Assembly (NCBI RefSeq): GCF_006345805.1
Contig: NC_043011.1
Coordinates: 52,712,464-52,776,463, forward strand
Direction: 5' to 3'
Length of the DNA: 64,000 nucleotides
From: Octopus sinensis
Taxonomy: Eukaryota
In this document: positions 37,663 through 48,827 of the stretch, piece by piece
How the letters are laid out: each line of letters starts with the position of its first letter
How positions within the stretch are numbered: the stretch's first letter is position 1
Position numbers and translations under genes: made by a program
Notes under the pieces: model-generated
The model's database searches: none
Told to the model about the DNA's origin: nothing
The model's input: the letters and a program-made list of their open reading frames with translations, nothing else

Positions 37663-38593
37663 GTAAATAGGAAATGATTTCATTTATTTTGTTTTTTGTA
37701 CTCTTACAAATTTACGTATATATATATATATCATCATCATCATCATTTAGCGTCCGTTTTCCATGCTAGCATGGGTTGGACGGTTCAACTGGGGTCTGTG
37801 AAGCTGGAAGGCTTCATCAAGCCCAGTCAGATCTGGCAGTGTTTCTACAGCTGGATGCCCTTCCTAACGCCAACCACTCCGTGAGTGTAGTGGGTGCTTT
37901 TTACGTGCCACCCGCACAGGTATATATATGGTTCATTGATTGGTTAATGTATTATGAGCTGTTTATTTGACATCAAATAGAGGTGATATTAGTGGAAAGG
38001 TGAAGAATAAAAGTGAGATCTCTCTGTAGTTGCTACAGTTTAGTCAGTCCCCTTTCTGTATGTGGACAGTGACAATAAGGGCCTTTAAGCTTTATTTCTA
38101 CTCATCTATCGCACTATATTTCTCCACTCTTAATTTTCTGTTAATTTCTTTCTTTCTCCTCCTTCTGTTTCTCTGAATTACCTTTGACGTTAAATTTATT
38201 AAGGTTTTTTTTAAAAAATAACTTGCCATCATTCTCTTGATCATATATACGATAATCACATTTGGCTAAAATGGCTTATTGATGTGTTTTGCTTCTCTTT
38301 TTTCCCTGACGAGATGATTACATTGTTTGACATCATTTTATTCCCTTAGGAATAATATCAATGTTTTCTTTGAAACATATGTTGGAAGTGTAAAGATTTG
38401 AATAACACCTGCATTTAGGTCCATTTCTTAATTTATCTATCTCATTCAAAAACATTTCACTAAACCCTGGAACTTCTACCTTTATAAGTAGGCTGTAACA
38501 TCCTTGGTACTTATGTGAATTTTTGCTACCCTGGTAACTATTTATTTTTTCCGTGTTATTTGTACACATTGAAAATACACACACACACATATC

Positions 38594-39000
38594 TCTTTAC
38601 TCTTTTACTTGTTTCAGTCATTTGAATGCGGCCATGCTGGAGCACCGCCTTTAGTCGAGCAAATCGACCCCGGGACTTATTCTTTGTAAGCCCAGTACTT
38701 ATTCTATCGGTCTCTTTTGCCGAACCGCTAAGTGACTGGGACGTAAACACACCCGCATCAGTTGTCAAGCAATGCTAGGGGGACAAACACAGACACACAA
38801 ATATATACACATACACACATATATATATACATATATACGATAGGCTTCTTTCAGTTTCCTTCTACCAAATCCACTCACAAGGCATTGGTCGGCCCGGTGC
38901 TATAGCAGAAGACACTTGCCCAAGACACCACGCAGTGGGACTGAACCCGGAACCATGTGGTTGGTAAGCAAGCTACTTACCACACAGCCACTCCTGCACC
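38594..39000 (-). mobile_element. tRNA-derived SINE (7100 family), reverse orientation
   Basis: Reverse complement of 7100-7492. Further minus copies at 40612-41006, 42523-42934 and 56735-57147, and degraded ones at 19085-19440 and 20330-20713. Confidence 0.85.
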
Positions 39001-39483
39001 TATATATATATGTACAGTTACCAGGTATTACATTGTATGCATGTGTATCCAGATTGGTGTATAAATACACATAATTTATACATGTACAGACACATGTTGC
39101 TTTATCAACTGAAGATATTTTCAGATTTACCGTTGTTGTTTTTTTTGTAACATTTACATTAATTCAGCATTGCCTTCATTTACTTAGATGTTTCTAATGT
39201 CACAAGAAATAACTATTATTTTATCAATAGAGACAGAGAAGTGTATGTTGTGAAAGATTCCTCTCTCATTTCATTAATACCTTATTCTGGACTTAACCTA
39301 AATAATGGCACTTCTTAGGTCTTCTGAAGAGATGCACACATCACATGCACATACAGGAATTTTCAAACAACTCTTCATTGTACAATGTGGCCCCTCACAG
39401 TTTCTTAAATGTGTTTGTTTTTGGAATGTTGTGATATATTTACAACATTTGGTTACATGTTATGATATTTAATGTATCTTCAG

Positions 39484-39546
39484 GTTACGAGTACCATGGG
39501 TTGAAGTATGAAAAAGGAAACTGCGGAGTCAGTATTATCAGAAGTG
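39484..39546 (+). CDS. UPRT: UPRT homolog, coding exon (63 bp): GYEYHGLKYEKGNCGVSIIRS
   Basis: Acceptor tatcttcag, donor gtaagt. Carries the KGNCGVSIxRSG motif; phase 1/1. Confidence 0.96.
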
Positions 39547-39712
39547 GTAAGTTTCATATTTTGGAATGTCATTCTATTTACTTGCTAGGTAAACATTAGT
39601 TTCCATAGAGAAAAAAAAAAAAAGAAAGAGAATTGATGAGTAAGAATTAAAACTGTTATGCTTTATGGTGATGATTGATAAAAAAAATCATCATTCAAGT
39701 AGACCTTGACCA

Positions 39713-39991
39713 GGTCACTCCAAAAAGCTCTATCTGCGACGATTTCATCTCAATCGAAGGAGAGGGGCTTTCTCCGTCCAGGTTGTGGATCCGTGGAATA
39801 AGCTGCTGGACGAGATAGTGAAGATGCCGACGACTGCTCGGTTCAAAGTCTCTCTTGACCAGAAATGGCCTGAACTCTTTGCATGAACACACTCCCTGTA
39901 CATAGCTCCATGTCCCCCTACATGGCCTTGCTTTTTGAGCCAAAAAATTAACTTAACTTAACTTTGACTATAGACACTGTTAGCATTACTT
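39713..39991 (+). mobile_element. CR1-clade LINE 3' end, copy 1
   Basis: + strand GHSKKLYLRRFHLNRRRGAFSVQVVDPWNKLLDEIV...DQKWPELFA* (RGH...F..RV...WN.LP motif) followed by (TTAAC)n. Confidence 0.85.
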
Positions 39992-41131
39992 GATGCTAGT
40001 TCATTCAATGGACTTGACCAATTATTGTCAACTGCCTGGAATCAAAATTGAACAATCTCTGTTGCTAATTCGTTGATCCAGAATCCAAAAGTACAAATCA
40101 TTATTGGTACAACATTGCTCGCCAGTGATCTTTGGCATTTCTTTAAATTCTTTGAAGTCTGACAGCTGCTCTCAAGAATGTGGCTAACAAATTTAAAGCT
40201 TCATGGCCAACCAATAGAAAAAAAAAATCTACAGCTGATTCATCTAGGCCTCACTTGAAATATATTATGAATAAATTCTAACAAAATCCATGACCAACCT
40301 TACCATTTTAAATTACACAGGCTAATTTTAGATTATTGATGGTTCTGGCTGTACTAAATTCTCCATGGAACACTTAGACCGATGCAGGCAGTGATGAGTG
40401 CAAATGAAGAGTATGCAGAAAATGTTGATCACTGAGGCTAACTAGGGGGTTAGGGGAAGAAAACCCAGGAGAAGGAGAATGGAGTTAGAGATATTTGCTG
40501 TTAGTTTTTCTGTAGACATATTCCAATGGGTTGGAAGGATGATTGGGGCTGGAAACTGGAAACTGAAATAAAGGAAATATTCCCAATTATAATTTCTTTA
40601 GCTATTATTTGTTACTTACTTTACTTTTACTTTACTTGTTTCAGTCATTTGACTACGGCCATGCTGGAGCACTGCCTTTAGTCGAACAAATCGACCCCAG
40701 GACTTAGCCTTTGTTAGCCTAGTACTTATTCTATCGGTCTCTTTTGCCGAACTGCTAAGTTACGGGGGACATAAACACACCAGCATCGGTTGTCAAACGA
40801 AGTTGGGGGACAAACAAACACACACACACACACACACACATATATACGACGGGCTTCTTTCAGTTTCCATCTACTGAATCCACTCACAAGGCTTTGGTCA
40901 GCCCGAGGCTATAGTAGAAGACACTTGCCCAAGGTGCCACGCAGTGGGACTGAACCCGGAACCATGTGGTTGGTAAGCAAGCTATTTACCACACAGCCAC
41001 TCCTATACCTATTGTTGTCTATATTATTAAATTATTAAAATGATCACAGACACTCACACAGGATTATAGAAACCAGGTAAAATGAAAATTGTGATGTCTT
41101 CCACTTGCAATATGTTTGTCTCTCCTCACAG

Positions 41132-41293
41132 GCGAAGCCATGGAACAAGGTCTACAGAACTGCTGTGGTCCAATACGCATAGGAAAGATATTGATACAGA
41201 GTGATGCAGATACTCATGAAGCAAAGGTGCTTTACTCCAATTTTCCACCAGAGTTCAGCAGTCGGAAAGTATTATTGATGTACCCTATTATGA
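41132..41293 (+). CDS. UPRT: UPRT homolog, coding exon (162 bp): GEAMEQGLQNCCGPIRIGKILIQSDADTHEAKVLYSNFPPEFSSRKVLLMYPIM
   Basis: Acceptor ctcctcacag, donor gtgagt. Motifs GEAMEQGL, IRIGKILIQ and RKVLLMYPI; lies within ORF 41116..41331. Confidence 0.97.
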
Positions 41294-42124
41294 GTGAGTA
41301 TCTTGTTATTGATTTGTTACATTTGGTCTAATGTGTGTTAGTTGTTGTTTAATAGATTCTTGTATAAAAAGACATGGCATGGAAATAGATAATCAAATGT
41401 ATGGAAGCATGTCTACACATCCATTGCATTGAATCTGTCCTAGTTTTGGTTTGTCAGACGCCACAGGATGTCTGTTATGTGGGTTTGAGTAAACTCTATC
41501 GTATTGTTATCATGTCTATATCATCATCATCATCACCATCACCACTTTAATGTTGACTTTTCCATGCTTGCATGGGTCAGATGGAATTCATTGAGGAAGA
41601 TTTTCTGTGGTTGGATGCCCTTCCTGTTGCCAACTCTCAAGTGTTTCCAAAGACAACAATTCAGTCATCATCATCATATCATTTAATATCTGTTTTCCAT
41701 GCTGGCATGAGTTGCACAGCCTGACAGGAACTGGCAAGGCCAGAAGCGGCACCAGGTTCCATTGTCTGTGTTGGCTTGGTATCTACAGCCGGATGCCCTT
41801 CCAAACACCATCCACTTCACAGAGGGTACTGGATGCTTTTTTAGGTGGCACCATCACCAGTGCTTTTTACATAGACACCATATCAGTATACAAATAAATT
41901 AAAATGTTAAACCTTGAGCAATGAAGTATTGAAGTAAATACTCTGAAACCGTCTGAAATTGTTTGGATAAGAGTAATATTTCTTTACACAGTGGAACTGT
42001 GAGTAGAAGCTAGTTGTTGTTTTACCCATTATTTCTAATGGCTGTGAGGAGTGAAAAGAAAGTAGACAATTTACCATAATTAATAAAATTAGAACAACAT
42101 CATAAGCGGAAAGTGTAACCTCTC

Positions 42125-42441
42125 AAAAGAGCTGTTCTTCACTCCTGCTCCAGATCGTCGGCTGTGGGGTTACTCCGAAAAGCTCTATCTGGGACAATTT
42201 CATCTCAATTGACGGAGAGGAGCTTTCTCCGTCCAGGTTGCGGATCCGTGGAATAAGCTGCCGGACGAGATAGTGAAGATGCCGACGACTGCTCGGTTCA
42301 AAGTCTCTCTTGACCAGAAATGGCCTGAACTCTTTGCATGAACACCCTCCCTGTACATAACTCCATGTCCCCCTACATGGCCTTGCTTTTTGAGCCAAAA
42401 AGTTAACTTAACTTTGACTATAGACACTGTTAGCATTACTT
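42125..42441 (+). mobile_element. CR1-clade LINE 3' end, copy 2
   Basis: Highly similar to 39713-39991, with a longer 5' part (ELFFTPAPDRRLWGYSEKL). Confidence 0.85.
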
Positions 42442-44789
42442 TAGCTCATTTTGATATCTGGCTAATTAATTTTTTTCAGGTCATCAGGATTTTAATTAAT
42501 TTTATTCTTTTATTCTGTTTCTTTTCATTTACTTGTTTCAGTCATTTGACTGTGGCCATGCTGGAGCACCGTCTTTAGTCAAGCAAATCGACCCTAGGAC
42601 TTATTCTTTGTAGGCCTAGTACTTATTCTATTGGTCTTTTTTTCCAAACTGCTAAGTTACGGAGACGTAAACACACCAGCATCAGTTGTCGAGCGATGTT
42701 GGGGGGGTTCAAAAACAGACACACAAACATACATATATGTATGTGTGTATATGTTTCTGTTTACCAAATTCATGACAGGCTTCTTTCAGTTTCTGTCTAC
42801 CAAATTCACTCACAAGGCTTTGGTTGGCCCGAGTCCATAGTAGAAAGCACTTGCCCAAGCTGCCATGCAGTGGAACTGAACCCAGAACCATGTGGTTGGT
42901 AAGCAAGCTACTCACCACACAGCCACTCCTGCACTTGTGATTAATTTTTTTAGCATTTTATAACTCGTTGAAACTAATTAATGAGTTAATTAATGTAGTC
43001 ATGCTCCTTTTTACACAATCATTTTTGCCAAAATATTAGGTCACTGAGTGCCTTTCTGACAGCAGCAGTTATGTTTGAACTGACTGGTATTTTAATTATC
43101 TAACACTTAGTATTTTATTTGCTTGCTTTGCCCTCCAAATATGTGGAGATGAAGTAGGCCCGACTACATATTTATTTCTACTTAGCGAATTTCACTGCAA
43201 TGCTTAATGGTTATGGATACCTATTCAGTGGAATCCGCTTATTGTGATCACTTTGTGACAGAACTTTTTTGGCTTACAATAACTGGCTGATGACATTAAC
43301 CCATTAATTTTGGTAACATTTTGTTGGGTTTGTACTTGCAGTCATAGTCAAGACACAATTCATTGTAATTTCTTACTAAGTTATTTCCCTTGATATTTTA
43401 ATGCTATTTCGCCAACGTTGCATTTCCAACGTTTTGTTGTATCCCAAGCGAGCACTTCACACAGTTTGGAAAGTAGTGAATGTAATTTTAGCAATGTGCC
43501 AATACATCTTGTTCTACCCAGATGTCAACCACTGAGCATATTCAACAAAAATGATTGATTACTGAACTAAACGTTTTACTTTTACTCCTTTCCCAATCTC
43601 AACGAAGATTCTACCATGTTTGCCTCTCATCTCTACAATCACTGAAACGAGTAGCTGTTATATGTATATTGGTATCAGTTCAATAGACTAATCATATCAC
43701 CCCTAAATTTATGGTCTTGTACTAAAATAATTATGGAGGCGCAATCACCCAGTGGTTAGGGCAGCAGACTTGTGGTCGGAGGATTACAGTTTCGATTCCC
43801 AGACTGGGCGTTGTGTGTGTTTATTGAGCGAAAACATCTGAAGCTTCACGAGGCTCCGGCAGAGCGTGGTGGCGACCCCTGTTGTACTCTTTCACCCCAA
43901 CTTTCTCTCACTCTTTCTTCCTGTTTCTTGAGTAATGCTGCGATGGACTGGCATCCCGTCCAGCTGAGGGGAACACATATGCTAGGCTTGAAAAGGGCGC
44001 ATTAATAAATAAAAACTAAAACAATCCTGATTGAGGTGACCTATGATGAAAGGCATTCCTGATATAACTAGCTTGTCTTTTTAGAAGTATTTTATTTGGT
44101 TTAGTCGTGGGACTGTGATCATACTGGGACACTATTTTGAAACATTTTTAGTCACATTTATCAGCCTCTCTGCTTTTGTATCTTATTCTGTTTTTGTCGA
44201 ATTTCTAAGTTGTGTGACATAAACAATTACACATTCATGCATGCACACACCTGACCGTCTCCTAAATTGTTTGTCCACCTGCGTCACACACAATGTGTTG
44301 GTCAACTTGAGGGTATAAGTAGGTGGCACTTGTCTGGGTGCCCCACAAGGACTGAACCTGAGACCATGTGGTTGCAAAGTAAACTTCTTGCTTCATTTCA
44401 ACAACAATCATATTTGTGTCTTTAGGGATCCAGGAATTTGTTGTCCATTGTGTTCTTACGGTATTTCAGACAACAGAAAATACTTTTTCTCAGCGGGCCC
44501 AGGGTGACGTGGAAAAGGCTACTGTGTCGGTGACACGGAAATGGCACCTGTGCCGGTGACACATAAAAGACACTCAGTACACTCTGTGGGGTGGTTGGCA
44601 TTAGAAAGGGCATGCAGCTGAGAAAATTAAGCCAAAACGGACTGCAGTCTGATGCAGCTCTCTAGCTTACCAGCTCCAGACGAACTGTCTAACCCATGCT
44701 AGCATGGAAAATGGACACTAAATGATGATTTTATATATTCCTTTCGAGCATTGGGGCTAGCTGAATTCCTTCCTTCCTTCCTTCCTTTC

Positions 44790-45215
44790 AAGCATTAGGC
44801 CTCATGGAGGCATTGTGACTGAGTTTCTTTTGAGTATTGGGCCTGACGGAGGCAAAGTGGTTGAGTTCCTATTGAGCGTTGGGCCTCATGGAGGCAAAGT
44901 GCCTGAGTTCCTTTTGAGTGTTGGGCCTCACAGAAGGCAATGACCAAGACCATTGGCATTATGTCATGCTTGAGAAGACCCATCAAGCCAAATAAAATCA
45001 CAGTCGTAGAAGATACCGGTGTCATGCAAATGGCACCAGTGCCAGTGGCACATAAAAGCACCCATTACACTCCCAGAGAGGTTGGTGTTGGGAAGGGCAT
45101 TCAGCTGTAGTAAATCAGACTGGAACCTGGTGCAGCCTTCCAGCATGCCAGCCCAGTCAAACTGTCCAACTCATACCAGCATGGACAACAGACATTAAAT
45201 GATGATGATGATGAT
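44790..45215 (+). mobile_element. RTE-type LINE 3' end with a 42-bp tandem array at its 5' junction
   Basis: GGCC recurs at 44798, 44840, 44882 and 44924. It continues into family 3' sequence and an (ATG)n tail near 45200. Confidence 0.7.
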
Positions 45216-45904
45216 AAACGACTACATTGTTAAGCATCGTGCCATTTTATGCTATTAGAGAGTGATTTGGCTGCAATTTCTTGCAAACTGAGCAGTAGCA
45301 CCTTATTGTTTGGTTAGTAGTAGTAGAGGAGTGGAGGCGCAATGGCCCAGTGGTTAGGGCAGCGGACTCGCGGTCATAGGATCGCAGTTTCGATTCCCAG
45401 ACCGGGCGTTGTGAGTGTTTATTGAGCGAAAACACCTAAAAGCTCCACGAGGCTCCGGCGGGGGATGGTGGTGATCCCTGCTGTACTCTTTCACCACAAC
45501 TTTCTCTCACTCTTACTTCCTGTTTCTGTTGTACCTGTACTTCAAAGGACCGGCCTTGTCACTCTCTGTGTCACGCTGAGTCTCCCTGAGAACTACGTTA
45601 AGGGTACACGTGTCTGTGGAGTGCTCAGCCACTTACACGTTAATTTCACGAGCAGGCTGTTCCGTTGATTCGGATCAACCGGAACCCTCGTCGTCGTAAC
45701 CAACGGAGTGCTTCCATCCATCCAGTAGTAGAGGGATGTAGTCCTTACTGGATTAGAAAGAGGGAGATCAGAGGGACTTGATGTAATGTGTGCATTGTGC
45801 TTTGGTTATCCTTATCGTTTAACATCTGTCTTCCTTGCTGGAATGGTTTGAACAATTTATTTTTTGCAATTGTATCTTTCTCTCTCTCTCCATTGTAATT
45901 CTAG

Positions 45905-46003
45905 GTACTGGTAACACAGTGACAAAAGCAATGAATGTTTTAAAGAATCACAGAGTTAAAGAACAGAATGTGATCCTGTTAAATCTCTTTTGTACACCAC
46001 GAT
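45905..46003 (+). CDS. UPRT: UPRT homolog, coding exon (99 bp): STGNTVTKAMNVLKNHRVKEQNVILLNLFCTPR
   Basis: Acceptor aattctag, donor gtaagt. STGNT completes the PRPP-binding loop; phase 1/1. Confidence 0.95.
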
Positions 46004-47827
46004 GTAAGTTGCCAATTTTTTTAAATTATTCAATTCTAATTTGTGAGCCTTGAACTTAACCCCTTGAACTTTGACATAATTCCTTTCATATGCTCTATGC
46101 TTGGAAATAATCTTTCACATCTGGCTTGTGGTGGTGATGACATTGTGCTTGTTGCTTAGCTGCTGGTCATTTTTGGTCAAGCAGACCTTCTATGATCTTC
46201 CAGCTGTCACCAGCCGAATACATTATCCAATGTTTTTTTTATTATCCTATGTTTTTTTTTTTTTTGTTGAGTGTAATGTGAGAGAAATTTGGCTGCTCTT
46301 TTCCGTAACCATGTAGGGGCTTTGTTATTGATTTTGTGGTGTCGGAAATGGTAGAGCTGTGGATAAATACATTTTCAGTTTACAGTTTGGCCGTATCCAG
46401 CCACAATATTTGCTTTATGTTTAAGCTGTCACAATGCATTTTTTTTGGCCTTCAAATGATGCCACCCTGCTGGCTAGGTGAGCATGCTAACATTCCCCAC
46501 TGATTAAAAGGAGGTACTGGAGCAAGGTGTCTTGCTCCAGAACACAATGCGCTACCCAATCAGGGAATCGAACCCATGATATAGTGATCGTGAATGCAAC
46601 AGCATGACCACTAAGCCATGTTATATTAGTCATTGAATTAATATTGTCCTTCCTTCACCACAGAGTGAGTTCCAGTTTGATTAAATTTTTTCTTTTTTTA
46701 TGTTCACTGCACTAACTTAATGATTCTTCTGTATGTTGCTGATATCAGTGAATGATTGCATTAATGAACTGTTTCTGTTTTGTCTACACTGAGTGTCTGG
46801 ATGTCTGATTGCACATTTTAAGAGAACCCATAGAATAGCAATCTGTAATATACTTAATTAATGCTTCATTTAATTGAATTAACATTAGAAAAACTTTTCA
46901 TGTAACCAAAAGATTTTAATATTTAGTTTCATACCTTGCATATTCTAAATTTAGATTCCTTTAGGGTGGATGAATGAAGTTCCGATGAAGTCAACTCTGT
47001 TTGATTATATTGTCCCCTGCAAGAATACATCTTGTGTCTAGTCAACTAAGGTTTACTTTGTGTGTGTGTGTGAGGAAGACGATTCATAAACTCTGTTTCT
47101 CTGCTCGTCACTTCAGTGTCATTGACCACATACCAAGCTGTTTGTATCATCTTGTTAATGTATGTAAACAGACACTGAATAAAACAGGTGTTGCATCATT
47201 TAATATGACTTCTGGTGTCATATGTCAGGTGGTGTGGTGATGAGCTTCCAAAACATTTTAGTCTGTGACCCAGTTTTGATTGTTGGGTCTGGGCATTGAA
47301 GTGGAGGATTGTGGCCTAGTGTTTACGGTAGTGCACGCACAATCACAAGATTGTGGGTTTGATTCTCTGACTGGGCAGTGCATTGTTCTTGAGCAAAACA
47401 CTTCTGTTTATATTGACCCAGTTGTAAATGAGTAACCTGGTGTCTTATTCTGAGGGGACGTTTTGATCTCGGCCATTTATACATCATAGAAACTGGGTAA
47501 CTGGTTTCCTGTGAGTGAAAGGGCTCAAAGCAGTAATGTTCAGCTCTAGGTATTAAGGGCTTCATCTGCATTTCTAGTACGACTGGGAAGGCATAAACAT
47601 CACACACTCCCATTTGAAACCACATCTGTGAGGTTTTTTAATTCTGTATGAACTTTCATATCTATGAGTTTAACCATGTAGCAGTAAAACTGGCCATACC
47701 TGCTTCAGTATTCCACCTGTTTTATGTTCAAACCGGCTAAATGCAGCCTCTCACACCTACCCTACAATGTGCTTCTAAAAAATAAACAATCACATTATGA
47801 AAATCTCAGAGCTACAAGATAATGCAT

Positions 47828-48270
47828 CTCTAGCTCTCTCTAACCGCTCAGTCGAAGTCGCCTCTCGGTTACTTGTTGGATCAGTGTCCTCCAGCCAGTT
47901 CTATCCTGGGCTGCTTCTTTCAGATTGGCTATGTCCATTCCAGTATCACTCTTGATGGTGTCAAGCCAGCGGGTTCTTGGCCGGCCTCTTCCTCTCTTGC
48001 CACTGACCATTCCGAGCATGATGTCCTTCTCCAGGGATTTTCTCTGCATAATATGACCGAAATATGCCAATCTATGCTTGGTGATCCTAGCTTCTAGCGA
48101 CATTTTCGGCCTTGGTGAATGCAATCGTCTTCCCAATAGCAACATATGGATGCGAGACCTGGACACTAAAGAAAGCTGACAAGAAGAGAATTAATGCATT
48201 CGAGCTTTGGTGTTGGAGAAGACTTTTACGGATTCCATGGACAGCAAGGCTCACCAATGGAGAAGTTCTT
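47828..48270 (-). mobile_element. 5'-inverted RTE/BovB-like LINE insertion with 12-bp TSD, inside a family A MITE
   Basis: AAGATAATGCAT at 47816-47827 and 48271-48282. Minus part RPKMSLEARITKHRLAYFGHIMQRKSLEKDIMLG...; inverted plus part LVNAIVFPIATYGCETWTLKKADKKRINAFELWCWRRLLRIPWTARLTNGEVL. Confidence 0.93.
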
Positions 48271-48720
48271 AAGATAATGCATAGTTAATTCAAAACAATA
48301 GGAATAAATAAGCATTACATTTGACAGAGTAATTTGAATGCTAAAGGGTTAAATTTAATGGCTGGGCAGAATCAGTACAGGGCCATACAGAATGCCCTTT
48401 GGTCAGCTTCTTTTGTGTTCTTGGTTCTTGTTAAGAATCACGTCTGTCTTTCATTTTTGTGGAGTTGGGGACTACAAAAGAACCAGTAATACAGCACAGG
48501 TTAATTCAGTCAACTCTACACTCTTCACCAAAGTTTCATGTCTGTCAAAGCAAGCAATAGATTTTCTTTTTCTTTTTTGCAACAGTGACATAAATTTAAT
48601 TCTTAGTTTTTCTGGTTGGTCTTCCTTTGGGTGTGGCTTGTACTTCAAAATATTTCATGTATCACTATATATGTATAGTGAGCTGTTCAATTAATTTTTT
48701 TCTTTTTCTTTTTCTTAAAG

Positions 48721-48827
48721 CTGTCAAATCACTTATCAACTCATTCCCTGGTATCACCATAGTAACGACAGAAGTTCACCCAGTAGCACCGAATCACTTT
48801 GGACAGAAATATTTTGGCACTGAATGA
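48721..48827 (+). CDS. UPRT: UPRT homolog, last coding exon: SVKSLINSFPGITIVTTEVHPVAPNHFGQKYFGTE*
   Basis: Strong polypyrimidine acceptor ending ttcttaaag. The TTEVHPVAPxHFGQKYFGT C-terminus is typical of animal UPRT; TGA at 48825-48827. Confidence 0.96.

Noticed and set aside
39695-42398. Two similar minus-strand ORFs beginning MAQKARPCRGTWSYVQG
   Set aside because: Antisense shadows of the + strand CR1 3' ends.
46957-47060. Possible alternative UPRT terminal exon after ttcctttag in intron 6
   Set aside because: In the required phase it reads WVDE* and would delete the conserved C-terminal substrate-binding motif. No other support.
48627-48720. N-terminal part of ORF 48627..48827
   Set aside because: Intron sequence that happens to be open. 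Coding starts at the 48721 acceptor.
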